Numbered from the stretch's first letter, positions 1-10,261 are shown. The stretch is 64,000 nucleotides of DNA from Chthonomonadales bacterium (GCA_037443035.1 JBBIPC010000003.1:161383-225382), one strand, 5' to 3'. The notes: a model not told the origin generated them from the sequence alone. Program-made: numbers and translations.

Positions 1-1
1 A

Positions 2-2242
2 GACCTGCTCCCGTACGTAGCCCGCGTGCGCGACGGTCAACCCACCGCCTGGCTCTTCGACGCCTTCCTATTCCTTCGCTTCAACATGCCCGACGGTCGG
101 CGCACGGACGAGAACCCCACAACCTGGAAGGACTGGCTCCGCCATCTCGATGACTGGTTCGCCTCAGGAAGAGACCTGCACGCTCTCGACGAAGCTATCG
201 AGCGTGCGGCGCAGCGCTTGGGTCCCCCGCCCAGTCCGCGCCTGGTGGTGCTCTCCGTGGCTTACCCCATCAGGTCTGTGGAGGACTTCGACTTGATAGA
301 GGAGGGCAGGCCGGTCAGCCTTGCCACCGACCAGGGTGTGGGATCGGCAGTTGGGGCCTACGTCGCGGAAGCCATCCGGCGATTCACGCACAGCCGGTTC
401 CGACACCTGCAGCTCTGGGGATTCTACTGGATGCGCGAGGAGATCTCGCCACAGGACGAGCCCCGGGTGCGCGCGGCCGCGCAAGCCATCCACCGGGCTG
501 GCTGCAAGTTGCTGTGGATACCATGGTGGAGGGCGCCCGGCTTCGACCGGTGGCGCGACTGCGGTATCGATGCCGCCATCCTCCAGCCGAACTACGCTTT
601 CGTTACTCTCACCCACGGCGGTGCAGTACGACGGAACCGCCTTGCGGCGGCGGCCGAGCTTGCACGGAAGAACGGAATGGGAGTGGAGATCGAAGCAGGA
701 GACGTCGTGCAGAGCCTCGCAGACCGTCAGGCATTCCTCCACTATCTGGCCGATGGCGGACCCGATAGACTGGGGTACCGGGAAGGTGCCTGCGCTTACT
801 ATCTGGGCGTGGACACTGTGGAGCGTGCAGCGGCAGCACCGAGACCTGAGGTGCGCTACACATACCAGGCGCTGTCCAACTTCGTTACCGGCAGGTCTGT
901 ACCAGACCCCGACCCTCCCCAGACGTGGCGTCGGACGGCAACGGGTTTCACTGCGCGTCTGGCCCGCCCTGCGCGCGTGCGTGCCCTTGATATCCTCTTC
1001 GACGAACCAAGTGCAACTCTGGTCTGGAAGGGACGGGCGGATGTCTATTTCCGGCGGCGACAAGGAGATGGATGGAGACCTGCGGGTTGGGCCGTTCGGA
1101 CACGCCATGACGAGGACGCCGGTCGGTACCAGGTTATGAGCGTACCCGTCTTCGAGGACGTTGCGGCCCTCGATATCAGGCTCCATCCCCTCTACAGGCG
1201 CATGAGGCTGTCCCGCGCTCGTCTAGTGGCAAACTCCGTTGGTCCCGAGGGGCTGCATCGGCATACTGCCCTCGGAGCCTCGTATACGACGGACCTTACC
1301 GCCCGGCGGAAGTACGACGACGATGGCACGAAGCTGACGGACGGCGTCGTACCCGCGGGCGGCTTCGGCGAGGGTAAGTCGGTCGGGTGGATCGCTCCGC
1401 AGGTAGCGGTCTGCTTCGATCTGGCCGCCGTGCACCAGGTGACGCGCGTCGAAGTAGTCTGCCAGGGAGGATCGGGGGCGTGGGTGAACTGGCCCACCGA
1501 CGCAGTGGTATTCCTCTCGGAACACGCACTGCCACCGACCACCATGAGCGCAACGGGATCATGGGCCAAGGATATCCGATGGGAAGCTGCCAGTCCTGTG
1601 GAGATCATCCGACGCAGGTCGGCAGTGGACATGGACGGGATACTGCGGTTCTCAGTGTTGCCTACGGCGCGAGCCCGATACGTCAACGTCCTTCTACGCG
1701 GACATGGATGGATCATGCTCTCCGAGGTGCGGATCTTCGACGGCAAAACGAATCTGGCACAAGCTCCGGGCGTCCACTATACGCTTCGCCCGCTGCCGAC
1801 AGACGCCCAGACCGAAGGCATCCACTACCCCGATGACGGACTGCGGTTGACCGACGGCATCGTGGCTGCGACCTTCACCCGGCAACACGTGGTGGGTTGG
1901 GACGACGGCCAGCCCAAGACGATCACTGTGGACCTCGGCGTCGCGAAGCTGATCCGCGGCGTCACCGTGTGGAGTCTGCGCGGCGGCCAGTACGGGATCT
2001 TCGCACCCGAGCAGGTCAATGTGGAGGTGTCCACGGATGGGCATAACTGGACCGGCGTAGGCTCGGCTGAGCGGGCCGATGGTGGTGAAGATGGTAACGA
2101 GTGCGTCCCCGCCCCCTATAGAGTAGTCACCACCGCAGATAGACTTCTCAGAGCGCGTTACGTGCGCGTGCGTATCCGACCGGCCCGCGGCTGGAGTATG
2201 GTCAGCGAGGTGGAGGTTGACGGCAGCTCGCTGGCACGTTAG
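2..2242 (+). CDS. DUF4855-type glycoside-hydrolase-like protein with C-terminal discoidin (F5/8 type C)-like domains; 5'-truncated by the window edge
   Basis: The frame is open from position 2 (DLLPYVARVRDG...). Motifs FDAFLFL, WGFYWMREE, WIPWW...LQPNYAF and GVEIE resemble DUF4855. Two repeats of Y.DDG..LTDG.V...F....VGW....V..DL...ARYV.V...W.M.SEV are discoidin-like. Confidence 0.7.
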   Translation, partial: DLLPYVARVRDGQPTAWLFDAFLFLRFNMPDGRRTDENPTTWKDWLRHLDDWFASGRDLHALDEAIERAAQRLGPPPSPRLVVLSVAYPIRSVEDFDLIEEGRPVSLATDQGVGSAVGAYVAEAIRRFTHSRFRHLQLWGFYWMREEISPQDEPRVRAAAQAIHRAGCKLLWIPWWRAPGFDRWRDCGIDAAILQPNYAFVTLTHGGAVRRNRLAAAAELARKNGMGVEIEAGDVVQSLADRQAFLHYLADGGPDRLGYREGACAYYLGVDTVERAAAAPRPEVRYTYQALSNFVTGRSVPDPDPPQTWRRTATGFTARLARPARVRALDILFDEPSATLVWKGRADVYFRRRQGDGWRPAGWAVRTRHDEDAGRYQVMSVPVFEDVAALDIRLHPLYRRMRLSRARLVANSVGPEGLHRHTALGASYTTDLTARRKYDDDGTKLTDGVVPAGGFGEGKSVGWIAPQVAVCFDLAAVHQVTRVEVVCQGGSGAWVNWPTDAVVFLSEHALPPTTMSATGSWAKDIRWEAASPVEIIRRRSAVDMDGILRFSVLPTARARYVNVLLRGHGWIMLSEVRIFDGKTNLAQAPGVHYTLRPLPTDAQTEGIHYPDDGLRLTDGIVAATFTRQHVVGWDDGQPKTITVDLGVAKLIRGVTVWSLRGGQYGIFAPEQVNVEVSTDGHNWTGVGSAERADGGEDGNECVPAPYRVVTTADRLLRARYVRVRIRPARGWSMVSEVEVDGSSLAR

Positions 2243-2323
2243 CGTAGGACCGCAGAACCGGAATGCTCGCAGGTGCGGCTGGTGTTACTTTCGGTGCCCG
2301 GATGGAACGATGCTGCGACGTCG

Positions 2324-2353
2324 TTGAACTCTCCTAGATCCGCAGCGTCTATA
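2324..2353 (+). promoter_or_regulatory. Putative ECF-sigma promoter (TTGAAC-N16-CGTCTATA)
   Basis: Intergenic, oriented toward the 2422-7663 operon; AAC/CGT core typical of ECF promoters. Confidence 0.4.
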
Positions 2354-2421
2354 GGGTTGCGCCGCAGCCCGACCAAGGGCTTGCGCGGCGCGGATAAGCG
2401 GGGCCAGGGAGGGCCAGTACC

Positions 2422-4041
2422 TTGCGCGACATGCAACGATCCACGGATCGGACACAGCGCAATCGCAGCGGGTTGCCGTCGAATCCGGCACAAGCGCAGA
2501 GCGAACGCCGCGCACCGAGCAAAGCGTCTACGTCGAGCATGCCGGAACTGATTCAGCCGTTCGAGTTGTCCGAGGAATCGGCGCCACGGAGCAAACTCGA
2601 CGAGCTTACCTTCGCGCATTGGCGACGTGCTGGCGTTACCCCTGCGCGACCTTGCTCCGATGCCGTTTTCCTCCGACGCGCGTACCTCGATCTCACCGGT
2701 ACTCTCCCGAGCACCGAGGAAGCACGTGCTTTCCTCCTCGATACCACGCCTGACAAGCGCGCGAGGCTTCTGGACGCCCTGCTAGCACGACCCGAATACG
2801 CTTCCTACTGGTCTCTTCGATGGGGCGATGTCCTCCGCATCAAGTCCGAGTTCCCCATCAATCTTTGGCCGAACGCGGTCCAAGCCTATCATCGGTGGGT
2901 CTACGCGGCCATGCAGAGCAACATGCCGTACGACCGGTTCGTGCGGGCCATGCTCACGGCGACGGGCAGCAACTTCCGCGTACCGGAGGTGAACTTCTGG
3001 CGCGCCGTGCAGAGCCGCGATCCCGAGTCCCTGGCCAGGGCTGTTGCCCTGACGTTCATGGGAGTCCGCGCGGAACGCTGGCCTCGCCAGCGGCTGCAGG
3101 GCATGGCGGCGTTCTTCGCCAAAGTAGCCTACAAGAAGACGCTGGAGTGGAAAGAGGAGATCGTTTACTTCGACCCGCGCTTGGAGGCGCCATCTCTGAG
3201 GGGCGTGGCACCCACGTTTCCAGACGGTAAGCCCGCCCGCATACCGCCTGGGACGGACCCGCGGGCGGTCTTCGCCGATTGGTTGCTAGCGTCCGGCAAC
3301 CCGTGGTTCGCCAAGAGTGCTGTGAACCGGTATTGGTATTGGCTGTTCGGTCGGGGCATCATTCACGAGGCGGATGACATTCGACCGGACAATCCGCCCT
3401 GTAACCCTGCTCTCATCCCATATCTGGAGAAAGAGTTCATCGCAAGCGGCTACGATGTGCGGAAGCTCCTTAGGCTGATAACCGCTTCGGCCACCTATCA
3501 GCTCTCTCCTGTTCCTAGAGGCAAGAGAACTGCTGGCGACACCTGCTTCGCTTCCTACCCACTGCGGCGTCTCGAAGCAGAGGTACTCATAGACGCCATA
3601 GATCAGGTGACGGGTTCGATGGAGTCCTATTCCAGTCCCATACCCGAGCCGTTCACCTTCGTCCCCGAAAGCGAAAGGACCATCGCCTTGGCCGACGGCA
3701 GCATCACAAGCTCCTTCCTCGATCTGTTCGGACGACCCGCCCGGGATAACGGCTATCTCTCCGAGCGTAACATAGCACCATCGGCTGCCCAAAGATTGCA
3801 TATGATCAACTCCAGCCACATCCAGCGGAAGCTCGAGCAGAGTGTTGTGCTGCGAGGTATTCTCCGCTCTCGGCTGCCACGGCAGGTAGTCACGCAGCTT
3901 TACCTGACCATCCTGTCGCGCTATCCCACCAGCGGAGAGATGGCAACGGCCTTGGAGTACTTGCGAACGGGCGGGTTGAACGGCGGTTTGGACCTTGCCT
4001 GGGCACTCCTCAACAGCGCCGAGTTCACCTACCGGCACTGA
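2422..4041 (+). CDS. DUF1549/DUF1553 (PSD1-type) domain protein
   Basis: FLRRAYLDLTGTLP, WGDVLR, MPYDRFVRAML, NPWFAKSAVNRYWYWLFGRGI, RRLEAEVLIDAI, FLDLFGRPAR, LYLTILSRYPT, DLAWALLNSAEF. Start uncertain (TTG 2422, ATG 2431 or ATG 2539). Confidence 0.85.
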   Translation: MRDMQRSTDRTQRNRSGLPSNPAQAQSERRAPSKASTSSMPELIQPFELSEESAPRSKLDELTFAHWRRAGVTPARPCSDAVFLRRAYLDLTGTLPSTEEARAFLLDTTPDKRARLLDALLARPEYASYWSLRWGDVLRIKSEFPINLWPNAVQAYHRWVYAAMQSNMPYDRFVRAMLTATGSNFRVPEVNFWRAVQSRDPESLARAVALTFMGVRAERWPRQRLQGMAAFFAKVAYKKTLEWKEEIVYFDPRLEAPSLRGVAPTFPDGKPARIPPGTDPRAVFADWLLASGNPWFAKSAVNRYWYWLFGRGIIHEADDIRPDNPPCNPALIPYLEKEFIASGYDVRKLLRLITASATYQLSPVPRGKRTAGDTCFASYPLRRLEAEVLIDAIDQVTGSMESYSSPIPEPFTFVPESERTIALADGSITSSFLDLFGRPARDNGYLSERNIAPSAAQRLHMINSSHIQRKLEQSVVLRGILRSRLPRQVVTQLYLTILSRYPTSGEMATALEYLRTGGLNGGLDLAWALLNSAEFTYRH

Positions 4042-4061
4042 GACCCCGCGGCCAGAAAGGA

Positions 4062-5405
4062 ATGCCAACCATGACAAACGGCATACGCGTTACACGTAGG
4101 GAAGCTCTGACCGGCGGCCTTGTTGCCGCGGCCACAGGAGTGATCGTGCCGGATGCGTTGGCCTATGCCGTCGAGCGGAGCCAATCGCAGCGCAAGGCGC
4201 CAGCCAGGTCGGTCATCCAGGTCTGGCTGTGGGGCGGACCGGCACACATGGACACCTTCGATCCGAAGCCCAACTCCGGCTCGGATTACACGGGTCCCTT
4301 CACGAAGCCCATCGCCACGAATGTGGACGGCATTCAGATCAACGAACTGCTCACAGAACTGGCAAAGGTGGCGGACAAGTACTCCATTATCCGCAGCATG
4401 ACACACGGCAACAACGCACACGAAACGGCCGCCTACATTACCCAGACTGGCCGGATGCCAGGCGGGAGGATCGTCTTCCCAGGCGTTGGCGCTGTCGTAA
4501 CCCTGTTCAAGGGCTACGACGCTGGCTACAAGGGGTTGATACCGCCTTACATCGTTCTCACACAGCTCCAGGGACGCTTTTCCGAAGTGGGATTCCTGGG
4601 CACGAAAGTGAAGCCTTTCGCCACTGGAGGGGATCCAGCCCAGCAGCGATTCGTCGTGGAAGGCATCGTCTCGCAGAGCATCAGCGATGCACGTCAGCAG
4701 CAGCGGCGCGAACTCCTTCACCGGCTGGACACGCTCGCTCTGGCCCTGAAGGACGATCCGAATATCGTCGCCTACGGCCAATGCGAGGCGCAAGCGTATG
4801 ACATGATCCTTGGCGAGGGTCGCAAGATCTTCGATCTCTCGCAGGAGAAGGACGACTTGCGTGCTCAGTACGGGAGGACAACGTTCGGCCAGTCTTGCCT
4901 CATGGCCCGGCGACTTGTCGAGCAGGGCGTGCCCTTCGTGACGATCAACTCCCAAGGATGGGATACGCACAAGGAGCACTTCCAGACAATGCGGCGGAAG
5001 CTGCCCGAGCTGGACAAAGGACTGGCGGCCTTGCTCAAGGACTTGTCGGACCGGGGGTTGCTGGACAGCACCATCGTCTGGGTAAGCGGCGAGTTCGGTC
5101 GCACACCCAAAGTTCAGTGGGAACCTCCGTGGAACGGTGGTCGAGGCCACTGGGGGCCGGTATTCTCTGCACTCGTGGCGGGTGGTGGTTTCAAAGGAGG
5201 TCATGTGGTCGGAGCCTCGGACGCAGTGGCTGCGGAGGTGAAGGACCGTCCCGTCTACCCGTGGGACCTGTTACAGAGCATGTACATGCTCCTCGGTATC
5301 GATCCGGCCGCCAAACTGCCCCATCCCCAGGGCCTGGATGTGCGAGTCAGCCCGACAAAGGAGGAAGGGTTGAAGTCGGGAGGACCTCTTATGGAGATCA
5401 TGTGA
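4062..5405 (+). CDS. DUF1501 family protein with Tat-like signal
   Basis: TRREAL twin-arginine leader; WLWGGPAHMDTFDPKP, SIIRSM, YGRTTFGQSCLMARRLVEQGVPFV, GWDTH, GEFGRTP, GRGHW. ATG 4071 is an alternative start. Confidence 0.9.
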   Translation: MPTMTNGIRVTRREALTGGLVAAATGVIVPDALAYAVERSQSQRKAPARSVIQVWLWGGPAHMDTFDPKPNSGSDYTGPFTKPIATNVDGIQINELLTELAKVADKYSIIRSMTHGNNAHETAAYITQTGRMPGGRIVFPGVGAVVTLFKGYDAGYKGLIPPYIVLTQLQGRFSEVGFLGTKVKPFATGGDPAQQRFVVEGIVSQSISDARQQQRRELLHRLDTLALALKDDPNIVAYGQCEAQAYDMILGEGRKIFDLSQEKDDLRAQYGRTTFGQSCLMARRLVEQGVPFVTINSQGWDTHKEHFQTMRRKLPELDKGLAALLKDLSDRGLLDSTIVWVSGEFGRTPKVQWEPPWNGGRGHWGPVFSALVAGGGFKGGHVVGASDAVAAEVKDRPVYPWDLLQSMYMLLGIDPAAKLPHPQGLDVRVSPTKEEGLKSGGPLMEIM

Positions 5406-7663
5406 TGAGACGACGGGCATGGATCAGGGGCACGGTGGCTTTCTGGCTGCTCTGGGCATTCGCTCCATACGCGACCGCTCAGCAGGCGAGCCGCAAGCCG
5501 CAGATCGGCTATGTCTTTCCTGCGGGCGGCCAGCGCGGAACGACAGTGGAGGCGGTCGTCGGCGGGCAGATACTGGGCGGAGCGAACGGTGTCCTTGTTT
5601 CTGGCACTGGCATCCGGGCGAGCGTAGTCGGTTACAAGCGCCCCCTCACCATCGGCGAAGTCAACCGGCTGCGAGAGCGGCTGGAGGAAGCACGGAAGAA
5701 GATTGACCCTACTGCTACGGGTCCTTTGCGCCCACGGGACTTCCTCAACCTACGTGAGATCGCTCGCGAGGCTGGTATAACCGACGAGCAACTGCGAGCG
5801 CTGGAGGAGTTCCGCCGGCGACGTACCGACCCCAAGCGGCAGCCGAATCCACAGATCGAAGAAGAGGTGCGGGTCAGCATCGAGATCGGTGCCGATGCGG
5901 AGCCGGGTATCCACGAACTGCGCATCGTAACGCCCATCGGAATGACGAACCCCCTGCGATTCGTGGTCGGTACGCTGCCGGAGATTACCGAGGTGGAGCC
6001 CAACGACCGGGTGGCAGACAGTTCCCTCGGTGAGAGACTGCCAGCGGTGATCAATGGACAGATCATGCCGGGCGACGTGGACCGATTCAGTTTCCGTGCA
6101 CGCAAGGGGACGAAGCTTGTGGCAGCCGTGCAGGCGCGGGAACTCATACCCTACCTTGCCGATGCCGTGCCGGGTTGGTTCCAGGCCGTGCTGGCCATCT
6201 ACGACGCCAAGGGACGGGAATTGGCGTACGAAGACGACTTCCAGTTCCGACCCGATCCCCTCTGCCGCGTCGTGATTCCGGAAGACGGTGAGTTCACCCT
6301 CGTTATCCGGGATTCCATCTATCGAGGGCGCGAGGACTTCGTCTATCGGATCACTCTCGGCGAAGTGCCCTGCATCACCGGCATGTTCCCGCTCGGTGTA
6401 GCGAAGGGTAGTCGCATCCCCGCTAAGCTCCTGGGGTGGAACCTGCCATCTTCGACAGTGATGTTGGATGGCAACCAGGATGGCGTGCGCTCGCTCCGGG
6501 TCGAAGCTGCTGGCGCGTACTCCAACGAGGTTACCTATCGCGTCGACAGCCTCCCGGAAGTCTCGGAGAAGGAACCGAACGACACCATCGCCACTGCGCA
6601 GAAGGTCAAGCAACCGCTCATTGTGAATGGCCAGATCAGCAAGCCAGGTGACCGCGACGTGTTCCGTATTGCAGGTCACAAGGGAGATCGTCTGGTGGCG
6701 GACGTCATGGCTCGACGCTTGGGATCTCCAGCGGATGCACAGCTCGTGCTCACCGATAGCAAAGGACGGCAGGTGGCGTTCAACGACGATACGGAGGACA
6801 AGGGCGCCGGCCTGATTACGCACCATGCGGACCCCTATATCTCCGTGACGCTACCAGCAGACGGTGTCTATTTCCTGCGCATCACTGACACAGAGGGCAA
6901 GGGTGGCCCTGAGTACTCCTATCGTCTCCGCATCAGCGCGCCCCAGCCCGATTTCGAGCTTCGCGTCGTGCCGTCCGGTCTCTGGGCTAGAGCGGGCATG
7001 ACGGTGCCGGTAAGCGTCTGGGCTATCCGGCGCGATGGATTCGACGGTCCCATAGACGTGTCGCTCGAAGGAGCACCGCCCGGGTTCGTCCTCAGTGGCA
7101 ATCGCATACCTGCTGGGCTGGACCGCGTCACGATGACACTGAGCTGCGCTCCCAGTGCCCAGGTGGGTCCGCTGACGCTCCGGATGGTGGGAACCGCCAC
7201 CGTCGGTGGCCGGCAGATCCAGCACTACGCAGTACCAGCGGAGGAGATGATGCAGGCATTCGCCTACACTCACCTCGTACCAACAGATTCATGGCTGGTG
7301 CGCGTCGTCGGACGGGCCTTTGCTCGTCCGCCTCGACCCTTCAGTCCCGACGAGCCTGTGCGCATACCATTGGGCGGCTCCGTTGCCGTGCGTGTACCCA
7401 TCCCGACGGGGCCGTTCAACCGACAGATGACGCTGGAACTGGAGGAGGCACCGGCCGGTGTGACGCTGGAGAAGACCGACGCGGCCACGTCAACGATCAC
7501 CATCCGCTGCGATCCCAAGACGGCCAAAGTTGGCACTCGGGGCAACTTGATCCTTGCGGGCTACATGGCACGCCAGGCTGTGGCACGCGCCGCGCGTCAG
7601 GCGCCACAGCGCTTTCTCGCAGGGTACGTGCCGGCGATACCCTTCGAGATCGTCCGGCCGTAG
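5405..7663 (+). CDS. Secreted protein with repeated pre-peptidase C-terminal (PPC)-type domains
   Basis: ATG 5405 overlaps the upstream stop (TGATG); signal peptide; YVFPAGGQRGTTVE; two EVEPND/EKEPND...INGQI..PGD.D.F repeats; YRLRI. The 4895 start in the ORF track is an over-extension. Confidence 0.8.
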   Translation: MRRRAWIRGTVAFWLLWAFAPYATAQQASRKPQIGYVFPAGGQRGTTVEAVVGGQILGGANGVLVSGTGIRASVVGYKRPLTIGEVNRLRERLEEARKKIDPTATGPLRPRDFLNLREIAREAGITDEQLRALEEFRRRRTDPKRQPNPQIEEEVRVSIEIGADAEPGIHELRIVTPIGMTNPLRFVVGTLPEITEVEPNDRVADSSLGERLPAVINGQIMPGDVDRFSFRARKGTKLVAAVQARELIPYLADAVPGWFQAVLAIYDAKGRELAYEDDFQFRPDPLCRVVIPEDGEFTLVIRDSIYRGREDFVYRITLGEVPCITGMFPLGVAKGSRIPAKLLGWNLPSSTVMLDGNQDGVRSLRVEAAGAYSNEVTYRVDSLPEVSEKEPNDTIATAQKVKQPLIVNGQISKPGDRDVFRIAGHKGDRLVADVMARRLGSPADAQLVLTDSKGRQVAFNDDTEDKGAGLITHHADPYISVTLPADGVYFLRITDTEGKGGPEYSYRLRISAPQPDFELRVVPSGLWARAGMTVPVSVWAIRRDGFDGPIDVSLEGAPPGFVLSGNRIPAGLDRVTMTLSCAPSAQVGPLTLRMVGTATVGGRQIQHYAVPAEEMMQAFAYTHLVPTDSWLVRVVGRAFARPPRPFSPDEPVRIPLGGSVAVRVPIPTGPFNRQMTLELEEAPAGVTLEKTDAATSTITIRCDPKTAKVGTRGNLILAGYMARQAVARAARQAPQRFLAGYVPAIPFEIVRP

Positions 7664-7683
7664 TTCCGCGATGGGACCTGGGC

Positions 7684-8892
7684 TCAGGGGACGAGACGGA
7701 TCTTGAAGCAGTCCTTGACGCTCTTGCTGGGCGACAGCGCATAGACCCGCCATCGGATGGTTATCGAAGAACCCACCGACATCTCCAGAGGCTTGGCACC
7801 TGGCCGGTATTCGGCGCCAGCCACACGATAGTCCGCGCCGTCGGGAGTGGGCTGCTGCGTCTGCAACCAATCACCGAATGGAGGCCGCGCGGGCCATATT
7901 ACCCCGGTGGTGATGTCACCCCAGCGCACTGCCTGGTGGATTCCCAAGCCCATGGCCGATGGTTCGAGAACCTCGCTGGCCGCCGCACCGAAACTGCCTT
8001 CGCCGATGAGAAAACGTGTGGTTCGCAAGCCGTGCAAGAGCATGCGGCGGCGCGGGGCCAAGGTGACGCGGATATCCATTACCGAGGACCCTGCATGGAT
8101 GGTGCAGTCGGCCGTAGCTCGCCACCGAACGCCAATCTGACCGGCGATCTGCAGCGATGCCTCCTTCGAATCTGCTCTCGCGCTACAACGTTTGACCTTG
8201 AGGGCCTCCCACCACGGTTCCTGATACGGCTCTCCCGATAGGACCTCGATCATCGGAAGTGCAACTCCTACCTGCCGCCAGCCGCCTGGCGTCTTTCTCC
8301 AAACGAAAGCTGCGGCCATCTCGCTCAGGGTGGGCACTACTTTCAGGCGCACGAAGCCGTTCTCGATCCAACCGGTGTCCGTAGTAGCTCGAGCTGCAGG
8401 TAGGGGCTTCGCCGGACCTGGACTGCCGAAGGCCCCTGGACTATCGGCGAAGTGCTGGATGGCCAGCAGCCGTATCTGGGGCATGCAATCCTGTCGTTCT
8501 AGAACGAGCGCTGCCACGAGCGGTGCGTCTGGTGATGTCGGCTGCACCTTCCACCTGTATGTGGCTGTCGCGTCAGGTTCCAGAGTAGGCAGACGGACAA
8601 TCGTGGCACCCTCCAAGTAGTCAAGGCCAGCGATGGCGTACATGCGCAGCGTCACCGTCTCCGCCGGCAATGCCGCTGTGCCCTCGTTGCGAACAGTGCC
8701 GACCAGAGTGATGGTCTGAACGCCGACTGCGTAGGCCCGGGTTGCGCCGAAGCTGGTCAGCTCTAGTTTGAAGCCGGCGGATCCCTCCCCGGCGAGAGGC
8801 TGCCGAGGCGCTGTTCGCTGGGCGGATACGGTGGCTCCCCCAAGAAGGCAGACTACGGAGAGGGGCAGCAACGAGCGTCTGAGAAAGGTCAT
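7684..8892 (-). CDS. Hypothetical exported protein with an N-terminal CARDB/Ig-like domain
   Basis: Signal peptide; TLVGTVRNEGTA...LPTLEPDATATYRWKV is CARDB-like; 4-nt overlap with tgt. Confidence 0.6.
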   Translation of the reverse strand: MTFLRRSLLPLSVVCLLGGATVSAQRTAPRQPLAGEGSAGFKLELTSFGATRAYAVGVQTITLVGTVRNEGTAALPAETVTLRMYAIAGLDYLEGATIVRLPTLEPDATATYRWKVQPTSPDAPLVAALVLERQDCMPQIRLLAIQHFADSPGAFGSPGPAKPLPAARATTDTGWIENGFVRLKVVPTLSEMAAAFVWRKTPGGWRQVGVALPMIEVLSGEPYQEPWWEALKVKRCSARADSKEASLQIAGQIGVRWRATADCTIHAGSSVMDIRVTLAPRRRMLLHGLRTTRFLIGEGSFGAAASEVLEPSAMGLGIHQAVRWGDITTGVIWPARPPFGDWLQTQQPTPDGADYRVAGAEYRPGAKPLEMSVGSSITIRWRVYALSPSKSVKDCFKIRLVP

Positions 8893-10028
8893 CGTGGGCT
8901 TCCTTGAGGGTAGCCCGCGTGTATCTCGCCAGCGAGGGATTCCAGTGTGTCCGTCGCGATGGCCTCTCGAATGCGTTCCATGAGGTGGGCGTAGAAAGCC
9001 AGGTTATGGTGCGTGGCCAAAATCGGGCCCAGCATCTCCCGCGTGAGGAAGAGATGACGCAGGTAGGCGCGCGAGTGGCTCGTGCACACGTAGCAGCCGC
9101 AGCGTGGATCCACTGGCGTATCGTCCTCCGCGTATCGAGCGTTGCGCAGATTCAGAACGCCCTGGCTGGTAAATACTTGTCCAGTCCGTCCATTGCGAGT
9201 AGGCAGCACACAGTCGAACATGTCCACACCGCGCATGGCAGCATCGAGAATGTCGGCTGGCGTCCCCACACCCATGAGGTACCGCGGCTTCTCCTTGGGG
9301 AGGATGGCCGTGCACCAGGCTACGCATGCGTTTCGGGTTTCCCTGTCTTCGCCGACCGCTAGACCGCCGATGGCATAACCGGGTAGGTCTAGCTCTACCA
9401 TGAACCGTGCGCTGGCCTCCCGTAGGTGTCTGTAGGTGGCTCCTTGTACGATACCGAACAGGGCCTGCGGCCACCCCCCTGCCGCACGTCCACCGCTGCT
9501 CTCATGAGCGGTGTGGCAGCGCACCGCCCACCGATGGGTCCGCTCCATCGCCTGCGTCGCATATTCAAGATCGCAGGGATAGGGCACACACTCATCGAAC
9601 GCCATGATGATGTCGGCACCAAGGTTCCGCTGGATCTCCATGACGGATTCCGGGCTGAAGTAGATGGGGGAGCCGTCCACATGCGATCGGAAACGGATGC
9701 CATCCTCCTCGACACGACGTAGTTCGGCCAGGCTGAAGACCTGGTATCCGCCGCTGTCCGTGAGCAGTGCGCCGCTCCATCCCGTGAACCGATGCAAGCC
9801 ACCCATGCGAGCGATAAGCTGATCGCCTGGGCGAAGATGAAGATGATAGGTATTCGCTAGGACGAGGCCGTATCCCAGCGCCTGGAGGTCCCCGGCGCAG
9901 GCGCCTTTCACCGTTCCCTGAGTACCCACTGGCATGAAACAAGGTGTCCGAACGGTGGCGTGGGGTAGACGAAGAATGCCCGCGCGAGCCTCGCATGCGG
10001 TACTCCGTGCGGCCAGGGAGAACTCCAT
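8889..10028 (-). CDS. tgt: Queuine tRNA-ribosyltransferase (tRNA-guanine transglycosylase)
   Basis: TPCFMPVGTQGTVK, LANTYHLHLRPG, LTDSGGYQVFSL, MAFDEC, FGIVQG, GYAIGGLAVGE, PRYLMGVG, DMFDCVLPTRNGR, CGCYVC zinc site, HNL. Start moved to ATG 10028 because the longer ORF runs through the tRNA. Confidence 0.97.
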   Translation of the reverse strand: MEFSLAARSTACEARAGILRLPHATVRTPCFMPVGTQGTVKGACAGDLQALGYGLVLANTYHLHLRPGDQLIARMGGLHRFTGWSGALLTDSGGYQVFSLAELRRVEEDGIRFRSHVDGSPIYFSPESVMEIQRNLGADIIMAFDECVPYPCDLEYATQAMERTHRWAVRCHTAHESSGGRAAGGWPQALFGIVQGATYRHLREASARFMVELDLPGYAIGGLAVGEDRETRNACVAWCTAILPKEKPRYLMGVGTPADILDAAMRGVDMFDCVLPTRNGRTGQVFTSQGVLNLRNARYAEDDTPVDPRCGCYVCTSHSRAYLRHLFLTREMLGPILATHHNLAFYAHLMERIREAIATDTLESLAGEIHAGYPQGSPR

Positions 10029-10118
10029 AGTGCGGTGAATGCTCGAGGGCTGCATGAACAGGTTAGTGCGTGGATAAGGCCGCCGCCAGATACACTGGCA
10101 TGCGGCCCCCTGCACCAG

Positions 10119-10190
<72 letters not shown>

Positions 10191-10205
10191 CGGTAGACAT
10201 GGCGC

Positions 10206-10235
10206 TTTATACCCGCGGGGACTCCTCCGAGTCAA
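10206..10235 (-). promoter_or_regulatory. Sigma70-type promoter for tRNA-Arg/tgt
   Basis: TTGACT-N18-TATAAA, ending 15 nt upstream of the tRNA 5' end. Confidence 0.65.
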
Positions 10236-10261
10236 CGCGCCACTGGTACGCGCAAGTACTG

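Noticed and set aside
2263..2540. Possible frameshift removing a signal peptide from the DUF1549/1553 gene (PAQAQ looks like a cleavage site)
   Set aside because: No hydrophobic h-region in any of the three frames upstream, so there is no positive evidence for a frameshift.
4895..5404. N-terminal extensions in the ORF track (also 10029-10280, 15367-15480, 21158-21499, 28251-28535, 49802-49957, 62651-63070)
   Set aside because: They overlap neighbouring genes or the tRNA; downstream starts have RBSs, signal peptides or family-typical N-termini.
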